Shown: positions 36,031 to 46,205 of the stretch, in pieces | Position numbering within the stretch: the stretch's first letter is position 1 | How the letters are laid out: each line of letters opens with the position of its first letter | From: Candidatus Kapaibacterium sp. | Lineage (GTDB): Bacteria; Bacteroidota; Ignavibacteria; Kapaibacteriales; UBA2268 | Length of the DNA: 64,000 nucleotides | Assembly (NCBI GenBank): GCA_963664875.1 | Contig: OY761611.1 | Coordinates: 288,001 to 352,000, forward strand | Reading direction: 5' to 3' | Notes under the pieces: model-generated | What the model was told of the DNA's origin: nothing | The model's input: only the letters and a program-made list of their open reading frames with translations | Databases searched by the model: none | Made by a program: the position numbers and the translations under genes

Positions 36031-37041
36031 GTGAAGACTATATTGGTAACAGGCGGTGCCGGATTCATCGGATCAAATTTTATCAGATTTATCATAGATA
36101 AAGATTTCAGAATAATAAATTTAGACAAATTGACTTATGCAGGTAACCTGAGCAATCTTTCAGATATCCAAGGGAAAAGCAATTACAAGTTTATTTGTGG
36201 TGATATCTGTAATAAAGATTTGGTCTCATTTGTATTGAATGAATACAAAGTTGATTATATAGTCAATTTTGCAGCCGAATCTCACGTAGATAGATCTATT
36301 TTAGATTCTTCACCTTTTTACCAAACTAATTTATTTGGTACTCTTAATCTTATGGACTGTGCTCGCGAAAATGGTAAAATCGAAAAATATCTTCAGATTT
36401 CTACTGATGAAGTATATGGTTCATTGACTATGGAAGGCAAATTTACAGAGACTACACCTATATCACCAAATTCACCATATTCTGCTTCTAAAGCTGCTGC
36501 TGACCAAGCTGTAATGGCTTACCATCATACTTTTAATTTTCCGGTACTTATTACAAGATGTTCCAATAACTATGGTCCTTACCAATTCCCGGAAAAACTT
36601 ATACCGCTCGTAATCAACAATGCTCTTGTTGATAAAACAATTCCTGTTTATGGAACCGGCGAAAATATAAGAGATTGGATTTTTGTGGAAGATCATTGCA
36701 GAGGTATTTATTCGGTTCTTTTGAACGGAAACATAGGTGAGGTTTATAATATTGGTGGCGAGAGCGAGGTTACAAATATTGATTTGGTCAGATTGATATT
36801 AAAAGGTCTCAACAAACCCGAATCACTTATCACGTTTGTAAAAGACAGACCAGGGCATGATCTGAGATACGCTATTGATATTAACAAAATAAACCGCGAG
36901 TTGAAATGGTCTCCAGTAGTTGAATTTCAAAATGGTTTAGAAAGAACTATAGCTTGGTATCTTGATAACCAAACTTGGTTAGAACAAATAATTAGTGGCG
37001 ATTATAAAGAATATTATAAACAGCAATATAGCAATAGATAA
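36031..37041 (+). CDS. rfbB: dTDP-glucose 4,6-dehydratase
   Basis: TGGAGFIGS, DKLTYAGN, AAESHVDRSI, STDEVYG, YSASK, CSNNYGPYQFPEKLIP, DRPGHD.RY; GTG start. Confidence 0.96.
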   Translation: MKTILVTGGAGFIGSNFIRFIIDKDFRIINLDKLTYAGNLSNLSDIQGKSNYKFICGDICNKDLVSFVLNEYKVDYIVNFAAESHVDRSILDSSPFYQTNLFGTLNLMDCARENGKIEKYLQISTDEVYGSLTMEGKFTETTPISPNSPYSASKAAADQAVMAYHHTFNFPVLITRCSNNYGPYQFPEKLIPLVINNALVDKTIPVYGTGENIRDWIFVEDHCRGIYSVLLNGNIGEVYNIGGESEVTNIDLVRLILKGLNKPESLITFVKDRPGHDLRYAIDINKINRELKWSPVVEFQNGLERTIAWYLDNQTWLEQIISGDYKEYYKQQYSNR

Positions 37042-38379
37042 ATGAAAACTTCAAATTATAAAGAAACAATATTTTCCAAGATCAATGACAAAACTCTAAA
37101 AATCGGGGTCATTGGTTTAGGATATGTAGGTTTACCTTTAGCAATTGAATTTGCAAAAAAAGATTATTACACAATTGGATTCGATGTTGACAAATCTAAA
37201 GTTGATACATTAAATTCCGGTGGTAATTACATTCAGGATATAAATGATGCTTGGATTTCTGAAACTATAGCTTCAGGATTTTTGAAAGCAACAACTGATT
37301 TTTCTCAACTTAAAGAATGTGACGCAATATTTATTTGTGTTCCTACTCCTTTTACTGTTAATAAAGATCCGGACATAACTTATGTGCTAAGTGCTGCCAA
37401 ATCAATCAGGGATAACCTGAATGATGGTCAGGTGATAATACTCAAAAGCACTACATTCCCGGGCACTACAGAAAAATATGTTATGCCTATTATCGAAGAA
37501 ACTGGCAAAAAAGCCGGGGAAGATTTTTATTTGGCTTTTTCGCCTGAAAGAATCGATCCTGGAAATAAAAAATGGAATACTGCAAATACTCCTATAGTCG
37601 TTGGAGGTATTAACGAAATTTCTACTGAAGTATGTGCTAAAGTGCACAACGTAGTAGTAGATATGGTTGTACCTGTTTCTACTCCATCAATAGCTGAGAT
37701 GGAAAAACTTTTGGAAAATATTTTCAGAAGTGTCAATATTGCTTTAGTAAACGAATTAGCTAAGCTTTGTGACAGGATTGGAGTAAATGTCTGGGAAGTT
37801 GTAGATGCAGCAGCTACAAAACCTTTTGGCTTTATGCCGTTTTATCCGGGACCGGGAATTGGTGGGCATTGCATCCTTATCGATCCATATTATTTAGAAT
37901 GGATGGCAAGAGAATACGACTTCGTAACAAAATTTATTACTCTTGCTGCAGAAATAAATGAAGATATGCCGTTTTATGTAAGGTCTATGGTTATCAAAGA
38001 GATAGCAAAACTACCTGTGCGAATGACAGATGCAAAAATACTCATTTTAGGTATGGCTTTCAAAAAGGATGTTGATGATTTGCGTCATTCACCGGCTCTC
38101 AGAGTTGCCGAATTGCTTGAAGAAGAAGGTATTAACAATATAGAATATTTTGACCCTTATATTCCTGAAATAGATTTACATGGTAAAATATTGAAATCTA
38201 TTGACAAAATAGACGAAGGTATCCTTAAAAGCCATGATATTATAGTTATTACTACTGATCATTCCTGTTTTGATTTGAACTTGATAGCTGAGTATTCAAA
38301 TATTATTATTGATACAAGAAATGCTATGAAAGACTACAAAGGAAGAGCTAATATAGTACTTCTCGGAGATGGTAAATGA
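37042..38379 (+). CDS. UDP-N-acetylhexosamine/nucleotide-sugar 6-dehydrogenase (WbpA/WecC-like)
   Basis: GLGYVGLPLA, CVPTP, FSPERIDPG, KLLENIFR.VNIA, GPGIGGHC, FKKDVDDLR.SP. Confidence 0.92.
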   Translation: MKTSNYKETIFSKINDKTLKIGVIGLGYVGLPLAIEFAKKDYYTIGFDVDKSKVDTLNSGGNYIQDINDAWISETIASGFLKATTDFSQLKECDAIFICVPTPFTVNKDPDITYVLSAAKSIRDNLNDGQVIILKSTTFPGTTEKYVMPIIEETGKKAGEDFYLAFSPERIDPGNKKWNTANTPIVVGGINEISTEVCAKVHNVVVDMVVPVSTPSIAEMEKLLENIFRSVNIALVNELAKLCDRIGVNVWEVVDAAATKPFGFMPFYPGPGIGGHCILIDPYYLEWMAREYDFVTKFITLAAEINEDMPFYVRSMVIKEIAKLPVRMTDAKILILGMAFKKDVDDLRHSPALRVAELLEEEGINNIEYFDPYIPEIDLHGKILKSIDKIDEGILKSHDIIVITTDHSCFDLNLIAEYSNIIIDTRNAMKDYKGRANIVLLGDGK

Positions 38380-39479
38380 TTAAAGTAATTTCCGTTGTTG
38401 GAGCAAGACCCAACTTTATGAAAGTTGCTCCAATTAGCAGAGCATTCAAAAAATATGAAGATAGAGTTCAACATTATATAGTCCATACCGGTCAGCATTA
38501 TGATGTAAATATGTCAGATGCTTTTTTTGATGATTTGCAAATGCCACAACCCGATTATTTTTTGGGAGTCGGCTCAGGTTCTCATGCAGTACAGACTGCT
38601 AAAGTAATGGTGGAATTTGAGAAAATATGCAACGAATTGCAGCCCGACTTAGTCATTGTAGTTGGAGATGTAAATTCTACAGTTGCCTGCACATTAACTG
38701 CTGTCAAACTTGGAATCAAAGTAGCTCATGTGGAAGGTGGGCTTCGTTCTTTTGATAGAGCTATGCCGGAAGAGATTAACAGAATGGTTACAGACTCTAT
38801 TTGTGATTATTGTTTTACCACAGAAAGTAGTGCTAACCAAAATCTTGAAAAACAAAATTTCCCTTCAGAAAATGTTTATTTTGTTGGAAACACTATGATA
38901 GATTCTCAGTTTTTTGCTTTACCTTTAGCAGACAAAACTGATATAATCAACGAATTAGGTCTCGAAGCTAACAAATATGTGCTTGCTACGCTCCACAGAC
39001 CAAGTAATGTGGATAATGAACAGCAGTTATCTGACTTGATAGATGTTATAGAATATATTAGTTCGCAGGGTATACAGGTTGTCTTGCCTTTGCATCCAAG
39101 GACACTTAAAAATATTGAGACATTTGGCTTAGCTGAAAAGCTACATAATGTTTCAAATTTAAAGATTACTGAACCGAAAGGGTACATAGATTTTTTAGCT
39201 CTTATGAAAAATTGTTTTTTTGTGATGACTGATTCCGGTGGAATTCAAGAGGAAACTACTGCACTTTTGAAACTTTGCATTACTCTAAGGACAACAACAG
39301 AGAGACCAAGTACGATAGAAATCGGTACAAATATTTTAGTTGAACCTCAAAAAGATAAAATTATCGCAGAAGTATCGAAAATCCTTGCCGGTGATTATAA
39401 GAAAGGAAGAATCCCTGAATTTTGGGATGGCAAGGCTGCTGAAAGAATTGCTGACATAATAGTAAATAAATTATTTTAG
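38376..39479 (+). CDS. wecB: UDP-N-acetylglucosamine 2-epimerase (non-hydrolysing)
   Basis: GARPNFMK, HTGQHY, VGDVNST, HVEGGLRS, MPEEINR, TDSGGIQEE, TERP. Confidence 0.93.
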   Translation: MIKVISVVGARPNFMKVAPISRAFKKYEDRVQHYIVHTGQHYDVNMSDAFFDDLQMPQPDYFLGVGSGSHAVQTAKVMVEFEKICNELQPDLVIVVGDVNSTVACTLTAVKLGIKVAHVEGGLRSFDRAMPEEINRMVTDSICDYCFTTESSANQNLEKQNFPSENVYFVGNTMIDSQFFALPLADKTDIINELGLEANKYVLATLHRPSNVDNEQQLSDLIDVIEYISSQGIQVVLPLHPRTLKNIETFGLAEKLHNVSNLKITEPKGYIDFLALMKNCFFVMTDSGGIQEETTALLKLCITLRTTTERPSTIEIGTNILVEPQKDKIIAEVSKILAGDYKKGRIPEFWDGKAAERIADIIVNKLF

Positions 39480-39489
39480 AATAGGATAC

Positions 39490-41214
39490 ATGAAAGCTAT
39501 ATTTGGATTATTGTTTATTTTAATGCTTAACTACATTGCATATTCTCAGCAAAAAGCAGTTGCAGGATTTGATCCTACTGAAATGCTGGAAATGCAAAAA
39601 CAAAACTCTGCTGCTGCTTCTACAATAATGAATGAGAACAGCAAATTTCCTGTTACTACAAGCATTAATGCAGAAAAGTATTTTGTAGGACCAAACGATG
39701 TTTTAAGTATTACAGTAAGCCCAATTTTACCAACAGAAAATATGTTTGTAATTTCGGCGGATATGACTGTAATTATTCCTGAAATTGGAGAACTTGACTT
39801 ACGAGATAAGACCCTTGCAGAAGTTAAAGAATATCTTTCAGAAACTATCAAACAAAAAGTTCCGAATGCAGAAGTTTGGGTAAGTTTGAAACAAACAAGT
39901 GTATGTATGGTGCATGTACGAGGTGATGTTGAAAATCAGGGGATATTCAGTGTTCCTGCTACATATAGAGTCTCCGATGTTATTGCTATGGCAAACAAAA
40001 CAAATCTTCAAGAATCCTCAATGCAGGCACTTTATAAAAAAGAAATGTTCAAAATCAGAGACAGATACATAAAAGACAATGATTTCAATGATAATTTTGT
40101 TGAAAAGGTTTATTCCGAGAGAAATATTAGCCTGATTAGAGAAAACGGCAAAAGCCAGATTGTTGACATCATAAAAGCTCAAGCAACAGGAAACGTTGAC
40201 TATAACCCTTATGTAAGAGCAGGTGATGTTATAAATGTTCCTTTTCTTAAAGAATCGTTCCCGTCTGTTTCGATTAATGGGGAATTTCTTCGTTCAGTCC
40301 AAATAGTCTATAAATCAGGAGATAGAGTATCAGATGTCTTGCAATATGTAGGTGGTCTGACTGACGAAGCAGATGTTAATGAAGTTTATTTGTTGCTTCC
40401 CGGAAATAAAAACAAGATATATCTGAATATAGACGAAGAATTGAATCTTTCAGGTACAAATCCAGAACTACTTCCCGGTGCTGTAATCTATGCAGCAAAA
40501 AAAGAGTTTGCTGATTCTGAATATGGTTCTGTAATTATCAAAGGTGAAGTTAGATCTCCCGGAGTTTTTCTGATTGAAAAGGGCAAAACAAGAATTAAAG
40601 ATGTTATCGGTCAAGCAGGTGGGTTTACCGAAAAAGCTTACCTTCCACTTGCATATATAATGAGAAAAAACGGCACTGCCACAAACGGGTACGATGTCGA
40701 ATTAGAAAAAATGAAACTGTTTCAATATAGCGATTTATTACTATTAGATACAGTAAGGTTTACCAATGATATTTTGCTTAGAAAGCCTATTGTTTCTTGC
40801 AATCTTCAAAAACTATTCGACAATAATGACGAAACACAAAATGTAACTTTGAAAGATGGAGATGAGATATTAATCCCTCAAAGTCCAGGTCAGATATATA
40901 TGTTTGGGCAGATAAATTCACCCGGCTTTATCCCTTTTGAAGAGAACAAAACTTTAGCATGGTATATCGAAAGAGCAGGTGGATATGCACAAGGTGCAGA
41001 CGAAGAGAGAGCAAGAGTAATCAGAGGCAAAAATAACGTATGGGTTCAGGGCGAAGATGATGAGATTTATATTCTTGATGGCGACAAAATTTATGTACCT
41101 CGCGAACCTGACTTTCCGCCTGGAACTGAGTTCCAAAAATATGGTTTAATAGCCGGTATTATCGGCTCTTTAGGCGGTCTCTTATCATTTATTATTACAG
41201 TATTTAGAAACTAA
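39490..41214 (+). CDS. Polysaccharide export protein with SLBB repeats (Wza/KpsD-like)
   Basis: Signal peptide, Y.VGPNDVL export domain, repeated GEV..PG / AGG / L.DGD.I SLBB units, C-terminal hydrophobic helix. Confidence 0.88.
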   Translation: MKAIFGLLFILMLNYIAYSQQKAVAGFDPTEMLEMQKQNSAAASTIMNENSKFPVTTSINAEKYFVGPNDVLSITVSPILPTENMFVISADMTVIIPEIGELDLRDKTLAEVKEYLSETIKQKVPNAEVWVSLKQTSVCMVHVRGDVENQGIFSVPATYRVSDVIAMANKTNLQESSMQALYKKEMFKIRDRYIKDNDFNDNFVEKVYSERNISLIRENGKSQIVDIIKAQATGNVDYNPYVRAGDVINVPFLKESFPSVSINGEFLRSVQIVYKSGDRVSDVLQYVGGLTDEADVNEVYLLLPGNKNKIYLNIDEELNLSGTNPELLPGAVIYAAKKEFADSEYGSVIIKGEVRSPGVFLIEKGKTRIKDVIGQAGGFTEKAYLPLAYIMRKNGTATNGYDVELEKMKLFQYSDLLLLDTVRFTNDILLRKPIVSCNLQKLFDNNDETQNVTLKDGDEILIPQSPGQIYMFGQINSPGFIPFEENKTLAWYIERAGGYAQGADEERARVIRGKNNVWVQGEDDEIYILDGDKIYVPREPDFPPGTEFQKYGLIAGIIGSLGGLLSFIITVFRN

Positions 41215-41216
41215 AA

Positions 41217-42839
41217 ATGAAGTTAAAAATTGTCATATTATTGATTTTGATAAGTACATCAATAAAAGCACAAGTTGAGCATATACCGGCATACCATCCC
41301 GTATATGCTTTTCTACTTAGAGCCGAAACCAAAGGATTTCTGCCAAATACATCCTTGTCTGAGTTGCCTTGGAGCAAAGGAGATATTCAAAAAGCACTTA
41401 GAATGATTAAAAATCATAAGCTTTCTGAAACTGAAAATGAGGTGTTGAATCAATATTTACAAGAGTTTGATTTGGAGAATAATCTTTATTCTGCAAACTT
41501 ATTTACTAGTGAAACTGATACTACTGCTCTTTTGTTCGATCAGGTTTTTTCTGAGAGAGAAAAATATATTTACAAATATGCTGATAGTAGTAATAAAGTA
41601 TATTTTAAACCATTAGTCTCAATCGAATACTGGCAAGGCGCTACTCCTAAGAAAGAAAATGTTGTTTTGGGCAATCTTGGTTTTAATTTGTCAGGTTCTC
41701 TGGGGAGTCATGTGGGATATTCTCTGCAGGTTACTAACGGAGTTGTGTTTTCCGGAGAGAAAGAACTTGCAATGCATGATTCCAAGCTAAGTAAAAATGT
41801 TAAATTTGCAGATTTGAACAGCGATTTTGATTTTACGCAGTCTCATGTAGCATTTGAATATAATTGGTTTAGAGCTTCAATTGGGCGAGAAACAAGACTA
41901 TCAGGTTCAGGTATATATCAAAGGTTATTTATTTCAGATAATTCTCCGGATTTTGATGCTATTACACTTGGAGCAAAATTTTCAAATTTTGAATATAGAT
42001 TTTTGCACGGTTCTCTCTTAGGATTAGGTAAAAATTCTGTAGATGCAGGTTTTAATGCCGAAATACCTCAAAAGTACGTAGCTCAGCATAAATTTTCCTT
42101 TAAACCTTCTTGGGGGGAAATATCATTCTGGGAAAATATAACATATTCGGACAGACCGACAGATCTTGCTTATTTTAATCCGCTCAGTTTTTATAAGTCA
42201 TTAGAGCATGCACTTAGAGACCGAGACAACTCAATAATGGGTTTAGATTTCACTCTTCGTCCTTTTGATGGTCTTCAGCTAAAAGCGTCTTACTTGCTCG
42301 ATGACATAATTATTAGTAAAATTGGTACAGGATATTGGTCTAATAAGAGTGCATGGAATATTGCTGCTATATCTTCGGCATTGCCGGATATTGATTTGGG
42401 TATAGAATATTCAAGAGTTGAGCCTTACACATATACTCATTTTAATAAAGAAAATTCTTACACCAATGACGGTCTAATGTACGGCTCAATTTTATTGCCA
42501 AATTCTGACTCGTGGAGTGCTCTTCTTAGATTATGGTGGACAAAAAGATATCCACTTGATTTGAAGATAAGTTATAATAGGCACGGAGCGAATGTATATG
42601 ATGAAAATGGTGAGCTGCTTAAAAATGTAGGTGGTGATCCTTTACAAACAAGAAGACCGGAAGATTCAGAAACAGTAGAATTTTTAGATGGAGACAAGAC
42701 TGAGTATTTGTCTTTTAGCCTTTCCGCCGGATATGAAATAACAAGAGCTCTTAATGTAAATATAGAATATTCTTATATGCCTAAAGGCTACGATTATGAG
42801 CATCTAATCAAACTAATTTTGAGGTTGTACGAATTTTAA
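41217..42839 (+). CDS. Capsule assembly Wzi-family outer membrane beta-barrel
   Basis: Signal peptide, N-terminal helical LPWS motif, GRE...GSG...LFISDNS, AQHK, YFNP, terminal YEF. Confidence 0.75.
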   Translation: MKLKIVILLILISTSIKAQVEHIPAYHPVYAFLLRAETKGFLPNTSLSELPWSKGDIQKALRMIKNHKLSETENEVLNQYLQEFDLENNLYSANLFTSETDTTALLFDQVFSEREKYIYKYADSSNKVYFKPLVSIEYWQGATPKKENVVLGNLGFNLSGSLGSHVGYSLQVTNGVVFSGEKELAMHDSKLSKNVKFADLNSDFDFTQSHVAFEYNWFRASIGRETRLSGSGIYQRLFISDNSPDFDAITLGAKFSNFEYRFLHGSLLGLGKNSVDAGFNAEIPQKYVAQHKFSFKPSWGEISFWENITYSDRPTDLAYFNPLSFYKSLEHALRDRDNSIMGLDFTLRPFDGLQLKASYLLDDIIISKIGTGYWSNKSAWNIAAISSALPDIDLGIEYSRVEPYTYTHFNKENSYTNDGLMYGSILLPNSDSWSALLRLWWTKRYPLDLKISYNRHGANVYDENGELLKNVGGDPLQTRRPEDSETVEFLDGDKTEYLSFSLSAGYEITRALNVNIEYSYMPKGYDYEHLIKLILRLYEF

Positions 42840-44029
42840 TGTCATTTGAGACCAAAATAATATTGATTGCAATTTTCTTGTATCCTGTTTTGCATACCTA
42901 TTTTTTATATCCTTTTTACTTATTGATACTGAAATTGATATACAAAAAAGGTGTGAAAAAAGACTATGCTTATAAACCATCAGTCTCAATAATTATTTCT
43001 GCATACAACGAAGAACGATTGATAAAAGATTGTGTGCAATCTCTACTTGATTTAGATTATCCTAAAGATAAAATCGAGATTATAGTAGGTTCTGATGGTT
43101 CTAATGACAAAACTTCTGAAATAGTCAGCTCTTTAGCGAAAATGGATAATAGAGTTATTTTGATAGATTACCCTCGCTCCGGCAAAAACAAAGTGTTAAA
43201 TAATACAGTACCTAAAGCAAGAAATGAACTAATTTGTTTTATGGATGCTGATTGTCGGCTGATGTCAAACGGATTATCCGAGCTGACTGCAAATTTTGCA
43301 GATGCAAGTGTTGGTGCTGCGATATGCAGAATGGATTCAATTGGTGAAGATACTGAAAACTCCGGTGGCAAAGGGGAGAAGTTATATCAGGAATATGAGA
43401 TATTCCTTAGAAGTTCTGAGTCAGAAATATATTCAACTGTAAACAGCCTAGGGGCATTCTATGCCATAAGGAAGGAGTATTATAAGCCGCTTCCAAATAC
43501 ACAGGTATGCGATGATTATATGCCGATTTTAGACACTATGGTTGCGGGTAAACGGGTGATATTCGATAAAGATGCGATTGTTAATGAAGTTAGGGAAAAA
43601 TCTTTAGATGACGAATTTGGAAGGAGAGTCCGGGTCTCTGCCGGAGGCTTGGCAACCGTCAAAGAAGCAGCAGTTTTACTCAATCCTTTAGCACAACCTG
43701 TGTCTTTTTTCTTATGGTCACATAAGGTGCTTCGTTGGTTTTCGCCTGTTTTTTTATTGCTTGTTTTAGCTACTACTTTCAGTTTAGATTTTGATAATCC
43801 GTCAACAAAATATATATTATATCCTCAACTATTCCTATATTTGTTAGCACTATTGGGATGGTTTGCAGAAAAAATAAAAATAAATTCCCTGTTTTTAAAA
43901 GTTCCTTTGTTTTTTGTTTCAATGAATATAGGTTTTTTGTTAGCTATATTCAAATTCTTGACAAAAAAGCACGAGGCGCTATGGAGTAGAGATAATCAAC
44001 AAAAGAAATTGAGAAATGAGCAGAGTTAA
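42839..44029 (+). CDS. Membrane glycosyltransferase family 2 (CesA/IcaA-like)
   Basis: SAYNEE, SDGSND, DAD, DD, RRVR (QxxRW-like position), HKVLRW, flanking TMs. Confidence 0.9.
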   Translation: MSFETKIILIAIFLYPVLHTYFLYPFYLLILKLIYKKGVKKDYAYKPSVSIIISAYNEERLIKDCVQSLLDLDYPKDKIEIIVGSDGSNDKTSEIVSSLAKMDNRVILIDYPRSGKNKVLNNTVPKARNELICFMDADCRLMSNGLSELTANFADASVGAAICRMDSIGEDTENSGGKGEKLYQEYEIFLRSSESEIYSTVNSLGAFYAIRKEYYKPLPNTQVCDDYMPILDTMVAGKRVIFDKDAIVNEVREKSLDDEFGRRVRVSAGGLATVKEAAVLLNPLAQPVSFFLWSHKVLRWFSPVFLLLVLATTFSLDFDNPSTKYILYPQLFLYLLALLGWFAEKIKINSLFLKVPLFFVSMNIGFLLAIFKFLTKKHEALWSRDNQQKKLRNEQS

Positions 44030-45452
44030 AAATTTAATAAAATCTAAAATCTTTCCTTTCCTATTACAGCTTTCATTAGATGTAATAGGTATTGTAATAT
44101 GGTTTATATTATGCTTCTCTTATTATCTCAATTTTAAAATTGAGCAAAGAGGAAGTGAGTTTTATATACCAATAGAATATGTTTTGATAACTTCTGTAGC
44201 ACTTATTGTTTATTGGCTGAGTGTTTTTTTCTTTACGGGTCAATATCGAAACTGGTACGAGAAATCCCCTTTTGATGAGCTATACTCCTTGATCAGAGTA
44301 TCATTTTTTGGTTTTCTGTTTTTAGTATTTCTTATACTTTTAGATGCAGGAAGTACTCCAAAATTACATTTAATTGTTTACTATAGCTTCTTTCTGATAG
44401 CAGTTTATCCCGGAAGAATTATTTCAAGGTATCTCCAGAAAAAGTTTAGAATAATGGAACTAATTTCTATACCAACCGTTATAATTGGGACTTACAAAAA
44501 AGCATCTGAATTTTATTTAAAAACAAAAAGTGCCAAATCATGGGGGTATAGAGCAATAGGGATTGTCCTAACTTCAGATAATGAGATGGATATTTGGAAA
44601 CAATCAAAAAGAGACGATATGCCAATGCTTGGCATGGTAGATGATTTACAAAATATACTTGATATTTATAAACCTTCAGAAGTTATTATTTCCACAGAAA
44701 AACCTAAACATAGTTTGTTAGTTGAGATTGTTTCTAAGTGTGCAGATAATAATTTGAAAGTCAATATAGAACCTGATTTATATGACATATTCACAGGTCA
44801 GACCCGAGCTCAGAATTTGTACGGAATTCCACTTATTGAAGTTAGCACACAGTTACTAAAGCCTTGGCAGGAGATAATAAAACGCATTTTTGATATATTA
44901 TTTAGTCTTGGTGTTTTGATAATTGGTTTACCTATTTGGCTTTTAGTTGCAATAATAATAAAATTAGAATCTTCAGGACCTGTCTTTTACACGCAACCGA
45001 GAGTTGGTAAAGACGGTAGAGTCTTCAAGATTTACAAGTTCAGATCTATGGTTACCAATGCAGATAAACAAAAGCAACAGTGGACCTCTGTAAATGATCC
45101 TCGTGTTACAAAATTCGGTTGGTTCACCAGAAAAACACACTTAGACGAAGTGCCGCAATTTCTGAATGTACTGATTGGTGATATGAGTGTAGTAGGCCCT
45201 CGCCCTGAACAGCCTAAATATGTAGAAGAGTTTTCGAAAGAAGTTAGCTACTACAAAAGAAGATTAAAAGTAAGACCCGGAATTACCGGATGGTGGCAGG
45301 TAAAATATACTGCTCATGAGTTGAACGTAGAAGAAATAAAAAATAGATTGAAAGATGATTTTTATTATATAGAAAATATGTCTCTGAAATTGGATATAGA
45401 GATAATTATCAGAACTGTTTTTATCATGTTCAAATTGCACGGACAAGCATAG
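44016..45452 (+). CDS. Polyprenyl-phosphate phosphoglycosyl transferase (WcaJ/WbaP-like)
   Basis: Four TMs, Rossmann-like domain, KRIFD, KFRSM, DPRVT, LDEVPQ, VGPRP, RPGITG, D..Y. Confidence 0.94.
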   Translation: MSRVKNLIKSKIFPFLLQLSLDVIGIVIWFILCFSYYLNFKIEQRGSEFYIPIEYVLITSVALIVYWLSVFFFTGQYRNWYEKSPFDELYSLIRVSFFGFLFLVFLILLDAGSTPKLHLIVYYSFFLIAVYPGRIISRYLQKKFRIMELISIPTVIIGTYKKASEFYLKTKSAKSWGYRAIGIVLTSDNEMDIWKQSKRDDMPMLGMVDDLQNILDIYKPSEVIISTEKPKHSLLVEIVSKCADNNLKVNIEPDLYDIFTGQTRAQNLYGIPLIEVSTQLLKPWQEIIKRIFDILFSLGVLIIGLPIWLLVAIIIKLESSGPVFYTQPRVGKDGRVFKIYKFRSMVTNADKQKQQWTSVNDPRVTKFGWFTRKTHLDEVPQFLNVLIGDMSVVGPRPEQPKYVEEFSKEVSYYKRRLKVRPGITGWWQVKYTAHELNVEEIKNRLKDDFYYIENMSLKLDIEIIIRTVFIMFKLHGQA

Positions 45453-45460
45453 GATTTGAA

Positions 45461-46186
45461 ATGAAAGCGATAGTAGTAATTCCAACTTATAATGAAGTTG
45501 AAAACGTAGAAAACATTGTAAACGCAGTACTTAGTACTGTTCAAGATATAAGTGTATTGGTTGTTGATGATAATTCTCCGGACGGCACTGCAGATGTTGT
45601 TCGTAAGATGATGCAGAGCAATAACAATATACATTTGAAAGTCAGAGCCGGAAAACTCGGCTTAGGCACTGCCTATTGTGAAGGCTTCAAATACTGCCTC
45701 GAAAATGGATTTGAAGCAATATTTGAAATGGATGCTGATTTTTCTCACAATCCCAAAGATGTACCGAGATTACTTGAAGAACTCGAATCAAACAATCTTG
45801 ATTTGGTAATTGGTTCTCGCTATATTAAGGGGTTTAACGTTGAAAATTGGCCTCTTAGCCGTCTTGTTTTAAGTTACGGTGCAAGTGTTTATACAAGAAT
45901 GATAACCGGCATGCCAATTATGGACGCTACCGGAGGTTTCAAATGCTTCAGAGCGTCTGCACTCAAAAATATTGACTTGGATTCAATTCATTCTAACGGT
46001 TACAGTTTCCAGATTGAAATGAATTACAGAATGTGGATCAATAAATTCAAGATAAAAGAAATTTCTATTGTGTTTACTGATAGGCTAAACGGCATCTCCA
46101 AAATGAACAAAAGTATCATTTACGAAGCCATATTTATGGTATGGAAGCTGAGATGGCAGAAGAAAAGTTTTCTTATAAAAAAGTAG
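45461..46186 (+). CDS. Polyprenol monophosphomannose synthase (Ppm1/Dpm1-like GT2)
   Basis: IPTYNE, VDDNSPDGT, GLGTAY, EMDADFSH, GSRY, GYSFQIE, F.DR..G.SKM. Confidence 0.92.
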   Translation: MKAIVVIPTYNEVENVENIVNAVLSTVQDISVLVVDDNSPDGTADVVRKMMQSNNNIHLKVRAGKLGLGTAYCEGFKYCLENGFEAIFEMDADFSHNPKDVPRLLEELESNNLDLVIGSRYIKGFNVENWPLSRLVLSYGASVYTRMITGMPIMDATGGFKCFRASALKNIDLDSIHSNGYSFQIEMNYRMWINKFKIKEISIVFTDRLNGISKMNKSIIYEAIFMVWKLRWQKKSFLIKK

Positions 46187-46205
46187 CCGGGAATTATATT
46201 ATATC